Assembly: GCA_001800245.1 (NCBI GenBank)
Contig: MGVA01000018.1
Coordinates: forward strand, 12,134-76,133
DNA: 64,000 nucleotides
Source of the DNA: Elusimicrobia bacterium RIFOXYA12_FULL_51_18
GTDB taxonomy: Bacteria; Elusimicrobiota; Elusimicrobia; Elusimicrobiales; UBA9959
Reading direction: 5' to 3'
Below are positions 41,098 to 49,831 of the stretch, piece after piece; position 1 is the stretch's first letter; every line of letters starts with the position of its first letter. Below the pieces are notes generated by a model. It saw only the letters and a list, made by a program, of their open reading frames with translations. It did not search any database and was not told where the DNA came from. Both the position numbers and the translations under genes were made by a program.

Positions 41098-42052
41098 ACC
41101 CAAAGTAGCTTTCTACTGGTGCGCTTCCTGCGGCGGCTGTGAGGAAGCTGTTGTGGACCTGGCCGAGGACATCCTGAAGGTTGTGGAGGCCGTGGATATA
41201 GTACTCTGGCCCGTGGCCATGGATTTCAAGAAGGCGGACGTCGAAGCCCGGCCGGATAAGTCCATCGTGGCCGGCTTTATCAACGGCGCCATACGCACCT
41301 CCGAGCAGGAGGAGTGGGTGCGCATGCTGCGGCGCAAGTGCCAGGTAGTGGTTTCCTTCGGCGCCTGTGCCAACTCCGGCGGCATCCCGGCGCTGGCCAA
41401 TCAGTTCCAGAAAGAGAGCATTCTGAAATATGTTTACGAGGACTGCCCCGGCATGGATAACCCGGGCAAGACCCGGCCTCAACCCGAGAGCAAGGATGAG
41501 GGCCGCACTTTGACTCTGCCGGAGTTTCGCGGCATGGTCCGCTCGCTGGACCAGGTCATAGAAGTGGATTACTATCTGCCCGGCTGTCCGCCCACGCCCA
41601 AGATCATTATGGCCGCGGTGCAGGCGCTCCTGTCCGGCAAGCTCCCGCCCAAGGGGACGGTGCTCTCTCCGGATATCGCGCTGTGCGAGGAATGCAAACG
41701 CAAGGACTCCAAACCCGCCGATCTCGCTTTGACCGAGTTTAAGCGGCCGCACCAGATACAGATAGATCCGGAAAAGTGCCTGCTGGCGCAGGGCCTAGTC
41801 TGCATGGGCCCGGCCACGCGCGGCGGCTGCGAAGCCCTCTGTCCCGCCGGTAACATGGCCTGCACCGGCTGCTTCGGGCCCACTTCCCGCGTAAAGGACC
41901 AGGGGGCCAAGTTCGTCTCCTCGGTGTTCTCGAACATCGCCCCGAAAGAGGAAAAAGAGATAGACGCGGTCCTCGACGGCATCCCCGATCCTATCGGGAC
42001 TTTTTACCGTTACGGCCTTTCAAAGTGCCTGCTGCGGCGCAAATTACAGTAG
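41087..42052 (+). CDS. mvhG: [NiFe] hydrogenase small subunit (MvhG type)
   Basis: The proximal-cluster motif CASCGGC is present along with C-terminal Cys clusters. It overlaps mvhD by 11 nt. Confidence 0.85.
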   Translation: MPDKPKVAFYWCASCGGCEEAVVDLAEDILKVVEAVDIVLWPVAMDFKKADVEARPDKSIVAGFINGAIRTSEQEEWVRMLRRKCQVVVSFGACANSGGIPALANQFQKESILKYVYEDCPGMDNPGKTRPQPESKDEGRTLTLPEFRGMVRSLDQVIEVDYYLPGCPPTPKIIMAAVQALLSGKLPPKGTVLSPDIALCEECKRKDSKPADLALTEFKRPHQIQIDPEKCLLAQGLVCMGPATRGGCEALCPAGNMACTGCFGPTSRVKDQGAKFVSSVFSNIAPKEEKEIDAVLDGIPDPIGTFYRYGLSKCLLRRKLQ

Positions 42053-42067
42053 ACCAGGAGCCATATC

Positions 42068-43582
42068 ATGGACACTAACGCTCAGAAAGTTTGGAACCAG
42101 GCGCACCAGCAGGCCAACTCCGGCCGGCGCACCGTCACCATCGACCCTATCACCCGCCTGGAAGGCCACGGCAAGATAGAGATCTTCATGAACGACCAGG
42201 GTAACGTGGATCGTGCCTATCTACAGATCCCGGAACTCCGGGGTTTCGAGGTGTTCTGCCAGGGCCGTCCGGCCGAGGATATGCCGCAGCTCACTTCGCG
42301 CATCTGCGGCGTCTGCCCCACGGCGCATCACATGGCCGCGGCCAAGACTCTGGACGACCTGTACGGTGTGGAATGCCACCCGGTGGGCAGAAAAATACGG
42401 GAACTGGTCTATAACGCGTTCATGTTCGAGGATCACGCTTTGCACGTCTATGTCCTCGGAGGCCCCGACTTTATAGTGGGCCCGGATGCTCCGAAGGAGC
42501 AGCGCAATATCCTGGGCGTTATCGGCAAGGTGGGGCTGGACGTAGGTAAAAAAGTCATCTCTACGCGCAGACGCGTACGCGAGATCATAAACTACGTCGG
42601 CGGCAAGGTCATACACCCGGTGATGGGCCTGCCCGGCGGTGTGGCCAAGGGCATCGCTCCTTCGGAGATCGCCAAATTCCGAGAGGTGGCCAAGGACGCA
42701 CTGGAGTTCGCCAAGTTCACGCTGCAGGTCTTCCACGACATTGTCCTGAAGAATGACGCCTACGTGAAGATCATCACTTCGGACGCCTTCACCCATAAAA
42801 CCTACTATATGGGCATGGTGGATAAGAACAATAAAGTGAACTTCTACGACGGCGAACTGCGGGTGGTCACGCCCGAGGGTAAAGAATTCGCCAAATTCCC
42901 CGTACAGGATTATTTGGAGCATATAGCGGAACACGTGGAGCCCTGGAGCTATATAAAGTTCCCGTTCCTTAAAAAGGTCGGGTGGCATGGTTTTACGGAA
43001 GGCGGAGCCAGCGGTGTTTTCGCGGTGGCCCCCATGGCGCGGCTCAACGCGGCCGACGGCATGGCTACGCCGGAAGCGCAGAGGGCGTACGAGGAATATT
43101 TTAAGGTGCTGGGCGGCAAACCAGTGCACCATACGCTGGCCAACCACTGGGCGCGCGTGGTTGAAATGATACAGGCGGCCGAACGGATGGTGGAATTGAC
43201 CAATGACCCTGAGCTGACCGGCAAGGAATTCCGCACTGTCCCCGCCAAGACCCCGAAAGCGGGAGTAGGCGCGGTGGAAGCCCCGCGCGGCACGCTTATC
43301 CACCACTATGAGACCGACGAGAACGGTTTGATACTCCGGTCGAACCTTATAGTGGCGACTCTTAACAATTCCGCGCGCATCGCCATGAGCGTGGACAAGG
43401 CGGCCAAGGGCCTGATCAAGGACGGCAAGGTTAACGACGGTCTGCTGAACATGGTGGAAATGGCCTTCAGGGCCTACGACCCCTGCTTCGGCTGCGCCAC
43501 GCATACTTTGCCCGGCGAGATGCCCCTGGTCGTGACCCTGCGTGATATGAAGGGCGAAATCATCCGAGAGATAAGGCGCTAA
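42068..43582 (+). CDS. mvhA: [NiFe] hydrogenase large subunit (MvhA type, group 3c)
   Basis: The N-terminal Ni-binding motif is RICGVCP. The C-terminal motif is DPCFGCATH, followed by a ~25-aa extension that would be removed by a maturation protease. Confidence 0.9.
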   Translation: MDTNAQKVWNQAHQQANSGRRTVTIDPITRLEGHGKIEIFMNDQGNVDRAYLQIPELRGFEVFCQGRPAEDMPQLTSRICGVCPTAHHMAAAKTLDDLYGVECHPVGRKIRELVYNAFMFEDHALHVYVLGGPDFIVGPDAPKEQRNILGVIGKVGLDVGKKVISTRRRVREIINYVGGKVIHPVMGLPGGVAKGIAPSEIAKFREVAKDALEFAKFTLQVFHDIVLKNDAYVKIITSDAFTHKTYYMGMVDKNNKVNFYDGELRVVTPEGKEFAKFPVQDYLEHIAEHVEPWSYIKFPFLKKVGWHGFTEGGASGVFAVAPMARLNAADGMATPEAQRAYEEYFKVLGGKPVHHTLANHWARVVEMIQAAERMVELTNDPELTGKEFRTVPAKTPKAGVGAVEAPRGTLIHHYETDENGLILRSNLIVATLNNSARIAMSVDKAAKGLIKDGKVNDGLLNMVEMAFRAYDPCFGCATHTLPGEMPLVVTLRDMKGEIIREIRR

Positions 43583-43605
43583 GGGAAGCTAATTGCATGA
43601 GCTGA

Positions 43606-43640
43606 AGGCTGAAGGTATTTCCTTCAGCCTTTGCCTTTTC
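43606..43640 (+). terminator. Terminator hairpin after mvhA
   Basis: The stem is AGGCTGAAGG-tattt-CCTTCAGCCT, followed by ttgccttttc. Confidence 0.6.
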
Positions 43641-43670
43641 CGGGTAGGCGGGGTGGTGTTGGCTCGAACA

Positions 43671-43869
43671 GGCGGTGACGTGTTCCCTGTCCGTTCCGGG
43701 ACCGGGTTTTCCGGGGAAGAAGCCCGGTGTTTTACGCCGGCTGTGGAACGCGCCGGACCGACATAGCGGTCCGGCTTGACCGGTCCTCGCCGTCCCTAAT
43801 GACAGGGATTCGCTCCAGACACCGGGCTTAAAACCCTTGAATGGAACGGACAGGGAACCCGCCCCCGCC
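43671..43869. mobile_element. MITE-like element E
   Basis: The terminal inverted repeats are ...gttccctgtccgttcc (43682-43697) and ggaacggacagggaac (43843-43858), with weaker similarity extending ~10 nt outward. It contains no ORF. Confidence 0.6.
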
Positions 43870-43978
43870 CTTGTGTATCGGGTAAAAATAGTTGTATGTA
43901 ATCTTAAGTTATAGATTATTTTTCATTGATAAAGGTTTAAATAGTAATATTCATTCAATTTTAGGTTAAAGTAAATTT

Positions 43979-44398
43979 ATGATTAAGTATAACCATTCTA
44001 CAGATAATATAACCCCGGCAATGTTGCATGGATTTTTTGTGGATTGGCCCAATCCTCCCGCGCCCGAAACGCATCTAAAATTGCTCAAGAACAGCGATGC
44101 GGTTGTTTTGGCGATAGACACAAAAAAACGGATTGTTGTGGGATTTATTACTGCTATAAGCGACAAGATCTTATCCTGTTATATTCCTTTTTTGGAAGTT
44201 TTGCCGGAGTATCAGGGGAAAGGAATCGGGCAGGCTTTGGTCCGCAAGATGTTTCAGAAACTCAAAAAATCATATATGATAGATTTGCTATGCGACGCGG
44301 ATTTGCAGGGATTTTATAAACGGTTCGGAATGCAGTCTTCAACAGGCATGTTTTTTAGAAATTATAAAAACCAATCCGGCAAAAAGTCAATTTTTTGA
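43979..44398 (+). CDS. GNAT family N-acetyltransferase
   Basis: 139 aa with the acetyl-CoA motif region EYQGKGIGQALVRKM. It lies in a visibly AT-rich islet. Confidence 0.75.
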   Translation: MIKYNHSTDNITPAMLHGFFVDWPNPPAPETHLKLLKNSDAVVLAIDTKKRIVVGFITAISDKILSCYIPFLEVLPEYQGKGIGQALVRKMFQKLKKSYMIDLLCDADLQGFYKRFGMQSSTGMFFRNYKNQSGKKSIF

Positions 44399-44417
44399 TG
44401 GTCGGTCGAACGCCATT

Positions 44418-44903
44418 ATGAAAAAGTTAAATAGAACGTTGGTGCTGGCGCTGGGGAATGATATTTTGGGGGATGATGGTATCGGTTTCCACGCGGCTAG
44501 GCTCCTGCGTGAGGAATTCCCTGATGACGTGGAGGTGGTGGAAACCAGCGAGGCGGGGCTGGCTTTGCTTGATCATCTGGAACACTGCGAGCGGGCGCTG
44601 ATCCTGGACGCGGTGGCCACCGGCAAATGCGCGCCGGGCACGGTCCTTTGCTGGGACCGGGAAGATTTCCGCCGCTGCGTGTCCCCGTCGCAGCACGCCG
44701 CCGGGCTGCCGCATATATTGGAATTAGCCGAGCGGCTGGAAATGAGCTTCCCGCGCGAGCTGCGGGTGGTGTGCGTGGAAGTGGGGGACCCCACGGTGTT
44801 CCGGGAAACCCTCACTCCCGAAGCCCGCGAAGCCTTGCCGGCTTTTGTGGCTGAAGCCCGGCGCATTCTGGCGGAATGGGGATGCCGAAGAAATAAGAAG
44901 TGA
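44418..44903 (+). CDS. Hydrogenase maturation endopeptidase (HycI/HoxW/FrhD family)
   Basis: The N-terminus reads LVLALGNDILGDDGIGFHAA. The ORF is 161 aa. Confidence 0.85.
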   Translation: MKKLNRTLVLALGNDILGDDGIGFHAARLLREEFPDDVEVVETSEAGLALLDHLEHCERALILDAVATGKCAPGTVLCWDREDFRRCVSPSQHAAGLPHILELAERLEMSFPRELRVVCVEVGDPTVFRETLTPEAREALPAFVAEARRILAEWGCRRNKK

Positions 44904-44907
44904 ATTT

Positions 44908-45711
44908 ATGACAGAAGACAGATTGGCGCGGATAAGGCTGCTGTTGGGTGATGAGGGTGTAAACCGCCTCAAGAGTTCCTTTGTGACCGTGGTGGGGTTG
45001 GGCGCGGTGGGGAGTTACGCCGTGGAAGGGCTGGCCCGCGCCGGCGTGGGGCGGCTCCGCCTGGTGGATTTCGATATCGTAAAAGCCAGTAACATAAACC
45101 GTCAGCTTTACGCGCTGAGTTCCACGCTAGGCCGGCATAAAACCTCGGTCGCCGCCGGGCGGGTACTGGATATAAATCCGCATTGCCGCGTGGAACAGCT
45201 GAACCTGTTCGCCGACAGGGGAAGTTTTGACGCCATACTTGAAAGCGGCCCGGATATAGTTATAGATGCCATAGACTCGATGGGCCCCAAGACGAACCTT
45301 ATTACCGAGGTCTGTAACAGGAAGCTTCGGCTTATCTCCAGCATGGGCGCCGCCCTGCGTACCGATCCTGGCGCCATCCGTGTGGGGCCTTTGCGAGAGA
45401 CGCGCGGCTGCCCGCTGGCCGCCCGGCTGAAGTACTGGCTAAAGAAGCATAATTCGCCGCTGGATTTCACCTGCGTTTATTCCCTGGAGCCGGTGGACAA
45501 ACTTCGCAAGGCCCGGCAGTCCGATCCCGCGGAGCGGGATCATTTCGACCGCGCGGCGTCCCTTCCTGGGGATTTAGACACGGGGGGCGCCGCACAGCGG
45601 TTTTCCCTGCACCCGAGGGTCGCACTGGGAAGTTTGCCCACCATTACCGGCATCTTCGGCCTCACTATAGCCAATACGGCGATAAAGATGCTTCTGGCTA
45701 AGGTTAAGTAA
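44908..45711 (+). CDS. tcdA: tRNA threonylcarbamoyladenosine dehydratase (ThiF/E1-like fold)
   Basis: It is collinear by eye with E. coli TcdA (VVGLGAVGSYAVEGLARAGVG, NINRQ, IDAIDS). The ATG at 44908 lies just after the protease stop. Confidence 0.8.
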   Translation: MTEDRLARIRLLLGDEGVNRLKSSFVTVVGLGAVGSYAVEGLARAGVGRLRLVDFDIVKASNINRQLYALSSTLGRHKTSVAAGRVLDINPHCRVEQLNLFADRGSFDAILESGPDIVIDAIDSMGPKTNLITEVCNRKLRLISSMGAALRTDPGAIRVGPLRETRGCPLAARLKYWLKKHNSPLDFTCVYSLEPVDKLRKARQSDPAERDHFDRAASLPGDLDTGGAAQRFSLHPRVALGSLPTITGIFGLTIANTAIKMLLAKVK

Positions 45712-45893
45712 GGGCATATGGGTGCTGAACTGACTATTTCTCAATTTTTTGTTTTTGGGGCGGGGGGATTTGTTAAGATATAGGTGTTGCGCGCCCAAAA
45801 CTCATTTCGTTCAGCCGGCGGGTTTTGTTTAGAAGCGGGACTCCGGCTTTTTTAGGCAGGGATTTTAAATAATAACGGTAAAGAGAGGATGCA

Positions 45894-46121
45894 ATGAAAA
45901 GCTATAAGAACGTCAGTGGAAAATCCACGGTTGCGATGTATGAACTGGCCAAAGACTTTGTGACTATCCGGTTCGCGTCGCAGGAAGTTTATCGCTATTC
46001 CAACCAGAGCGCGGGCAGGGAAAATGTCGGCAAGATGAAGGTTCTTGCGCTGGCCGGCAAAGGTCTGGGCACTTTCATAGAAAACAATGTGAAGGATAAG
46101 TTCGCCAGAAAAGTCAGATAA
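45894..46121 (+). CDS. Small protein, possibly KTSC-domain-like
   Basis: 75 aa. The pattern VAMYEL...VTIRF...EVYRYSN resembles the KTSC domain. This is a weak assignment. Confidence 0.45.
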   Translation: MKSYKNVSGKSTVAMYELAKDFVTIRFASQEVYRYSNQSAGRENVGKMKVLALAGKGLGTFIENNVKDKFARKVR

Positions 46122-46139
46122 AAATCAGGATCAACCGCG

Positions 46140-46862
46140 ATGAAGGAGACCATCTTCATCTATTGCGACGGCGCCTGCTCGGGGAATCCCGGGCCGGGCG
46201 GCTGGGCCGTTGTTATTATCTATCCCGAAGGGCTAGTGCGCGAGATGGGCGGCGGGGAAAGGCTTACTACCAACAACCGTATGGAGATGGCGGGCGCTAT
46301 AGCGGCTCTAAGCGCCGTACAGGACCGGCCCGAGCCGGTAAAGCTCTTTACCGATTCCGCCCTTCTCATCAACGGCATAACCAAGTGGATCGGGGGTTGG
46401 CGGCGAAACGGCTGGATGACGGCGGCAGGCAAGCCCGTGGTCAACCGGGACCTCTGGGAGCGCCTGCTCTCGTTAACTCAGGCCCGTAAAAGGCGGCTCT
46501 CCTGGGGGCATGTGAAAGGCCACGCCGGCCATGAGATAAACGAACGCTGCGACGTGATAGCGGTGGCCTTCTCCAAGGCAACGAATACCAGGCTTTACGA
46601 CGGCCCCGCGGTGGGCTGCGGATATTCGCTGCTGGAGCCTGGTCCGGAGCACCTTAGAGAATCTTCCACTGGCGGAAAAACATCTTCTTCCAAACCAAAG
46701 AGCAAAGGCGGGTATTACCTTAGCTTAGTGGCGGGCCGCCTTGAGCGCCATCCAACCTGGGCCGGTTGCCGCCAGCGCGTGAACGGCGTTTCGGGGGCGC
46801 GGTTTAAGAAAGTGGCGTCCGCCGAAGAGGAGCGGGAAATCCTTAGACTTTGGGGAGCATAG
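46140..46862 (+). CDS. rnhA: Ribonuclease HI with a C-terminal hybrid-binding (viroplasmin/HBD-like) domain
   Basis: The RNase H motifs are YCDGACSGNPGPGGWA, TNNRMEM, TDS and HAGHEINERCD. The C-terminal ~50 aa read YYLSLVAGRLERHPTWAGCRQRVNGVSGARFKKVASAEEE. Confidence 0.85.
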   Translation: MKETIFIYCDGACSGNPGPGGWAVVIIYPEGLVREMGGGERLTTNNRMEMAGAIAALSAVQDRPEPVKLFTDSALLINGITKWIGGWRRNGWMTAAGKPVVNRDLWERLLSLTQARKRRLSWGHVKGHAGHEINERCDVIAVAFSKATNTRLYDGPAVGCGYSLLEPGPEHLRESSTGGKTSSSKPKSKGGYYLSLVAGRLERHPTWAGCRQRVNGVSGARFKKVASAEEEREILRLWGA

Positions 46863-46869
46863 TACCGGC

Positions 46870-47445
46870 ATGTACCTATTTTTAGACACCGAAACTACCG
46901 GCCTTCCTAAGAACTGGAAAGCGCCAATAACCGACCTGGCCAACTGGCCCAGGATGATACAGTTGGCATATTTACTTTCCGATGCCGATGGAAACAATAT
47001 CTCGGGAGGGAATTTTATCATCAAGCCGGAGGGCTTTACCATCCCCGAAGAGGCCGCGCGTATCCACGGCATTTCCACGGAGCGGGCAAATAAAGAAGGT
47101 TATGACCTGTTGCCCGTCCTGCGTGATTTTCATGCGGCAGTCGATCGGGCGGAGTATGTGATAGCGCACAATATGAGCTTTGACGAAAAGATAGTGGGAG
47201 CTGAATTCCTGCGAAACGGTATGACCGACCCCTTGCCCTCAAAAACGCGGATCTGCACCATGCACAGCTCAACTGATTATTGCGCCATTCCCGGTCCGTA
47301 CGGTTATAAGTGGCCGAAACTCCTGGAGCTTCACTCTAAATTGTTTCACGCGGGTTTTGAATCCGCGCACAACGCGGCCGCCGACGTTTCGGCCATGATA
47401 AAATGTTTCTGGGAATTGAAGCGGCTGGGTGTGATCAAGGGTTAA
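46870..47445 (+). CDS. DEDDh 3'-5' exonuclease (DnaQ/epsilon-like)
   Basis: ExoI is LDTETTG, ExoII is IAHNMSFD and ExoIII is HNAAADV. Confidence 0.85.
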   Translation: MYLFLDTETTGLPKNWKAPITDLANWPRMIQLAYLLSDADGNNISGGNFIIKPEGFTIPEEAARIHGISTERANKEGYDLLPVLRDFHAAVDRAEYVIAHNMSFDEKIVGAEFLRNGMTDPLPSKTRICTMHSSTDYCAIPGPYGYKWPKLLELHSKLFHAGFESAHNAAADVSAMIKCFWELKRLGVIKG

Positions 47446-47562
47446 AGATCGATAAGGTTATCATGGAGCATAGCACAGAGTCCATAGTAAAATTTGAAAA
47501 TGTAAAACTTGAAAAAACGCGTCCCGTAAAGGGCACGGCAACCATGATGGAGGTAGTTCATA

Positions 47563-49110
47563 ATGAATATTTCCTGTAGTTTTTTAATATCGTTCCTGAC
47601 TTTAGTATTTGCGGCGCTCCCGCTCCGCGCTCAGATGTCCGGAGTTGTCGCGGACCAGGGCGCGTCCCCGCGCGTCCAGCCTCAGTCTCCCGAACAACTG
47701 GAACTGAGCAAGCTGACAACCGAGAACCTGATTTCGGATCAAAAAACCAAAAAAAAGCTCCAACAGCTCAATAGCGAGAAAGAAGCGCTTGCGGCGCAAT
47801 ACGCATTGGATATGCAGAAACAGAAGTCAACGGTGGCCGCCCTTGAAGCGGAGTTTTCCCGTCTGAGCACCGAAAATAAGATCTCGGCCGAAAAACACCA
47901 GATTGACATCTCGGCGCTGCAGGACCAGCTTGAAAAAGCCACATTGGAGAATAAACTTGCCGAGGAAAAACGCAAAGCGGAGATAGCCGCCCTGGAAAGT
48001 GAATATCAGACGGTGACGGCGCAAAATAAGCTTGTGGCGGGAAAATCCGTGGCTCAGGTTTCCAAACAGAACGATGAATTGCAGAAGCTGAGTCTTGAGA
48101 ATAAACTTTCCGAAGAAAAGAACAAAAAAGATATGTCCCTGATCTCCCAGCGGCTGGATATGATGAAGGCGGAGAACGACCTGAAGAACGAGCGGCAACG
48201 AGAACTGACTATAGCCGACGCTAAAGAGAAGAACGCCATCGATCTGGAGATCAAGCGCCTGGACCTCGCTGAGCGCCGGCTGAAGCTGGAGAAAATGAGT
48301 ATCGACAGCAAAATGGACCAGCTCAAGAGCGATCTTGAAATGCGCGGCAGGAAAGAGGAGTGGAAAAAAGAAGCCAACAAAGAGCCTGTATACCTGGACA
48401 AGCCTTTCAGCAATAATAAACTTGTCATAAGCGACCGCCGCATTTCCCTTAACGGGCCTATATTCACCGGCGTGGCGGACTATGTGTGCGAACGTATACA
48501 TTACTATAACAATATTTCCAGCAGTCCGATATTTTTGGTGATAGACCGTTCTCCCGGCGGTTCCGTTATGGAGGGCTACCGCATACTCAAGGGTATGCAG
48601 GCCAGCCGCGCGCCGGTATATGTGGTGGTCAAATCATTTGCCGCAAGCATGGCCGCGGCTATTACAACGTTGGCGGACAAATCGTATGTCTATCCAAACG
48701 CCATCATACTGCATCATCAGATGTCCACTATGAACTGGGGCAATATGACCCAGCTCAAAGAGCAGCTTGAACTGGCCAGGGAATGGGAAAGACGTCTGGC
48801 CGTGCCAGTGGCCAAAAGGATGGGGATAACACTGGAGGAATTCCGTAAGAAGATGTATGAGAGGAATTCTGACGGGGATTGGAAAGAATTTGGCGACAAG
48901 GCCGTTGAATACCATTGGGCCACCAGCGTGGTGGATGAGATAGAGGAAACCGGTTTTACCAAGAATCCTGACGCAATGGATAATCGTGCCAAACCACGCA
49001 TCACTTCGGAAGAAAAGGTGGATGAAAAGGGACAGCGGTACGTCTCATTGCCGCGCCTGGAACCGTTTGATTTTTACTTTATCTATAATCCCGACAGATA
49101 TTACCGCTGA
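47563..49110 (+). CDS. Secreted coiled-coil protein with a C-terminal ClpP-like (S14) serine protease domain
   Basis: The signal peptide is MNISCSFLISFLTLVFAALPLRAQ. About 230 aa of heptad-rich repeats follow (ENKLAEEK, ENKLSEEK). The ClpP-like block is RSPGGSVMEG...SFAASMAAA...ILHHQM...SDGDW...AVEYHW. Confidence 0.75.
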   Translation: MNISCSFLISFLTLVFAALPLRAQMSGVVADQGASPRVQPQSPEQLELSKLTTENLISDQKTKKKLQQLNSEKEALAAQYALDMQKQKSTVAALEAEFSRLSTENKISAEKHQIDISALQDQLEKATLENKLAEEKRKAEIAALESEYQTVTAQNKLVAGKSVAQVSKQNDELQKLSLENKLSEEKNKKDMSLISQRLDMMKAENDLKNERQRELTIADAKEKNAIDLEIKRLDLAERRLKLEKMSIDSKMDQLKSDLEMRGRKEEWKKEANKEPVYLDKPFSNNKLVISDRRISLNGPIFTGVADYVCERIHYYNNISSSPIFLVIDRSPGGSVMEGYRILKGMQASRAPVYVVVKSFAASMAAAITTLADKSYVYPNAIILHHQMSTMNWGNMTQLKEQLELAREWERRLAVPVAKRMGITLEEFRKKMYERNSDGDWKEFGDKAVEYHWATSVVDEIEETGFTKNPDAMDNRAKPRITSEEKVDEKGQRYVSLPRLEPFDFYFIYNPDRYYR

Positions 49111-49162
49111 TTTGATTTTTTTCGGACGTGGGTAGGAGCGCGCCGGTCCATAAAGAGGGCGG

Positions 49163-49831
49163 TTACTGTTGTGCGGAGTTCTTGTAGATGAGCTTAACGC
49201 AGTCCAGGTAGGGGCGGCGTTTTTCCGGGGTAAAATCCTTGTAGTTCAGCTCCACGGCGCGTCCGGCGCCGAACATGGCGTGGTCTATGGGAAACAGCGC
49301 TTCGCAGCCGGGCGGCAGGAACTCTTTCTTTATTTCAATTCTAAGGCCGTAGCCGGCCAGCAAATTAAGGCAGTATACCCACTTTTGCGTGGCCGGGTTC
49401 AGGATCTTCAGCACAGGGCAGGGATTGCTGGAGGTATTTGGCTTCATCTCCCATGTTTTACCGGGTTGGTCGCCGGCTATGGCCAGGAGTTCGGCCCAGA
49501 AGACTTTAAAAGCGTCCGCCGATTTCGGATAACGGAGGGATATATGTCGTACAAACTTATCACACTCCGAGCGGATCAATTCCGGATCCGCTATTCTAGT
49601 CGTACTTGTTTTTTTGCTTTCTTCCTCTTTTTTGAGCTGGTCTATCATTAATTTGATCGGCTGCGCCTCGTCTTCCGATAGCGGCTCAAGATATTGGGCT
49701 TTGAAAGTCATTTTGCCGCCGGTTTTGGTATATACGGTTACATTGTCTCCGGCCACATTGACCACTACGCACAGGGTTTTGTTTATGGTGTTTCTGACCG
49801 CTGAAAACCGTTCAAATTTATTTTGTTCCAT
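49163..49831 (-). CDS. Hypothetical protein
   Basis: 222-aa ORF of ordinary composition. It is divergent from radC. I recognise no family. Confidence 0.55.
   Translation of the reverse strand: MEQNKFERFSAVRNTINKTLCVVVNVAGDNVTVYTKTGGKMTFKAQYLEPLSEDEAQPIKLMIDQLKKEEESKKTSTTRIADPELIRSECDKFVRHISLRYPKSADAFKVFWAELLAIAGDQPGKTWEMKPNTSSNPCPVLKILNPATQKWVYCLNLLAGYGLRIEIKKEFLPPGCEALFPIDHAMFGAGRAVELNYKDFTPEKRRPYLDCVKLIYKNSAQQ

Noticed and set aside
42221-43504. I considered large antisense ORFs opposite well-supported genes. Examples are 42221..43504 against mvhA, 38216..39166 against hdrB/hdrA, 5962..6921 against the nucleotidyltransferase, 11028..11756 against malQ, 47827..48501 against the ClpP-like gene, 52852..53553 against the cyclase, 26617..27213 against DHS, 63224..63784 against the PPIase and 139..768 against tnaA.
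   Set aside because: In every case the opposite strand carries a full-length gene with diagnostic family motifs. The antisense translations are Arg/Gly/His-rich with no recognisable motifs.
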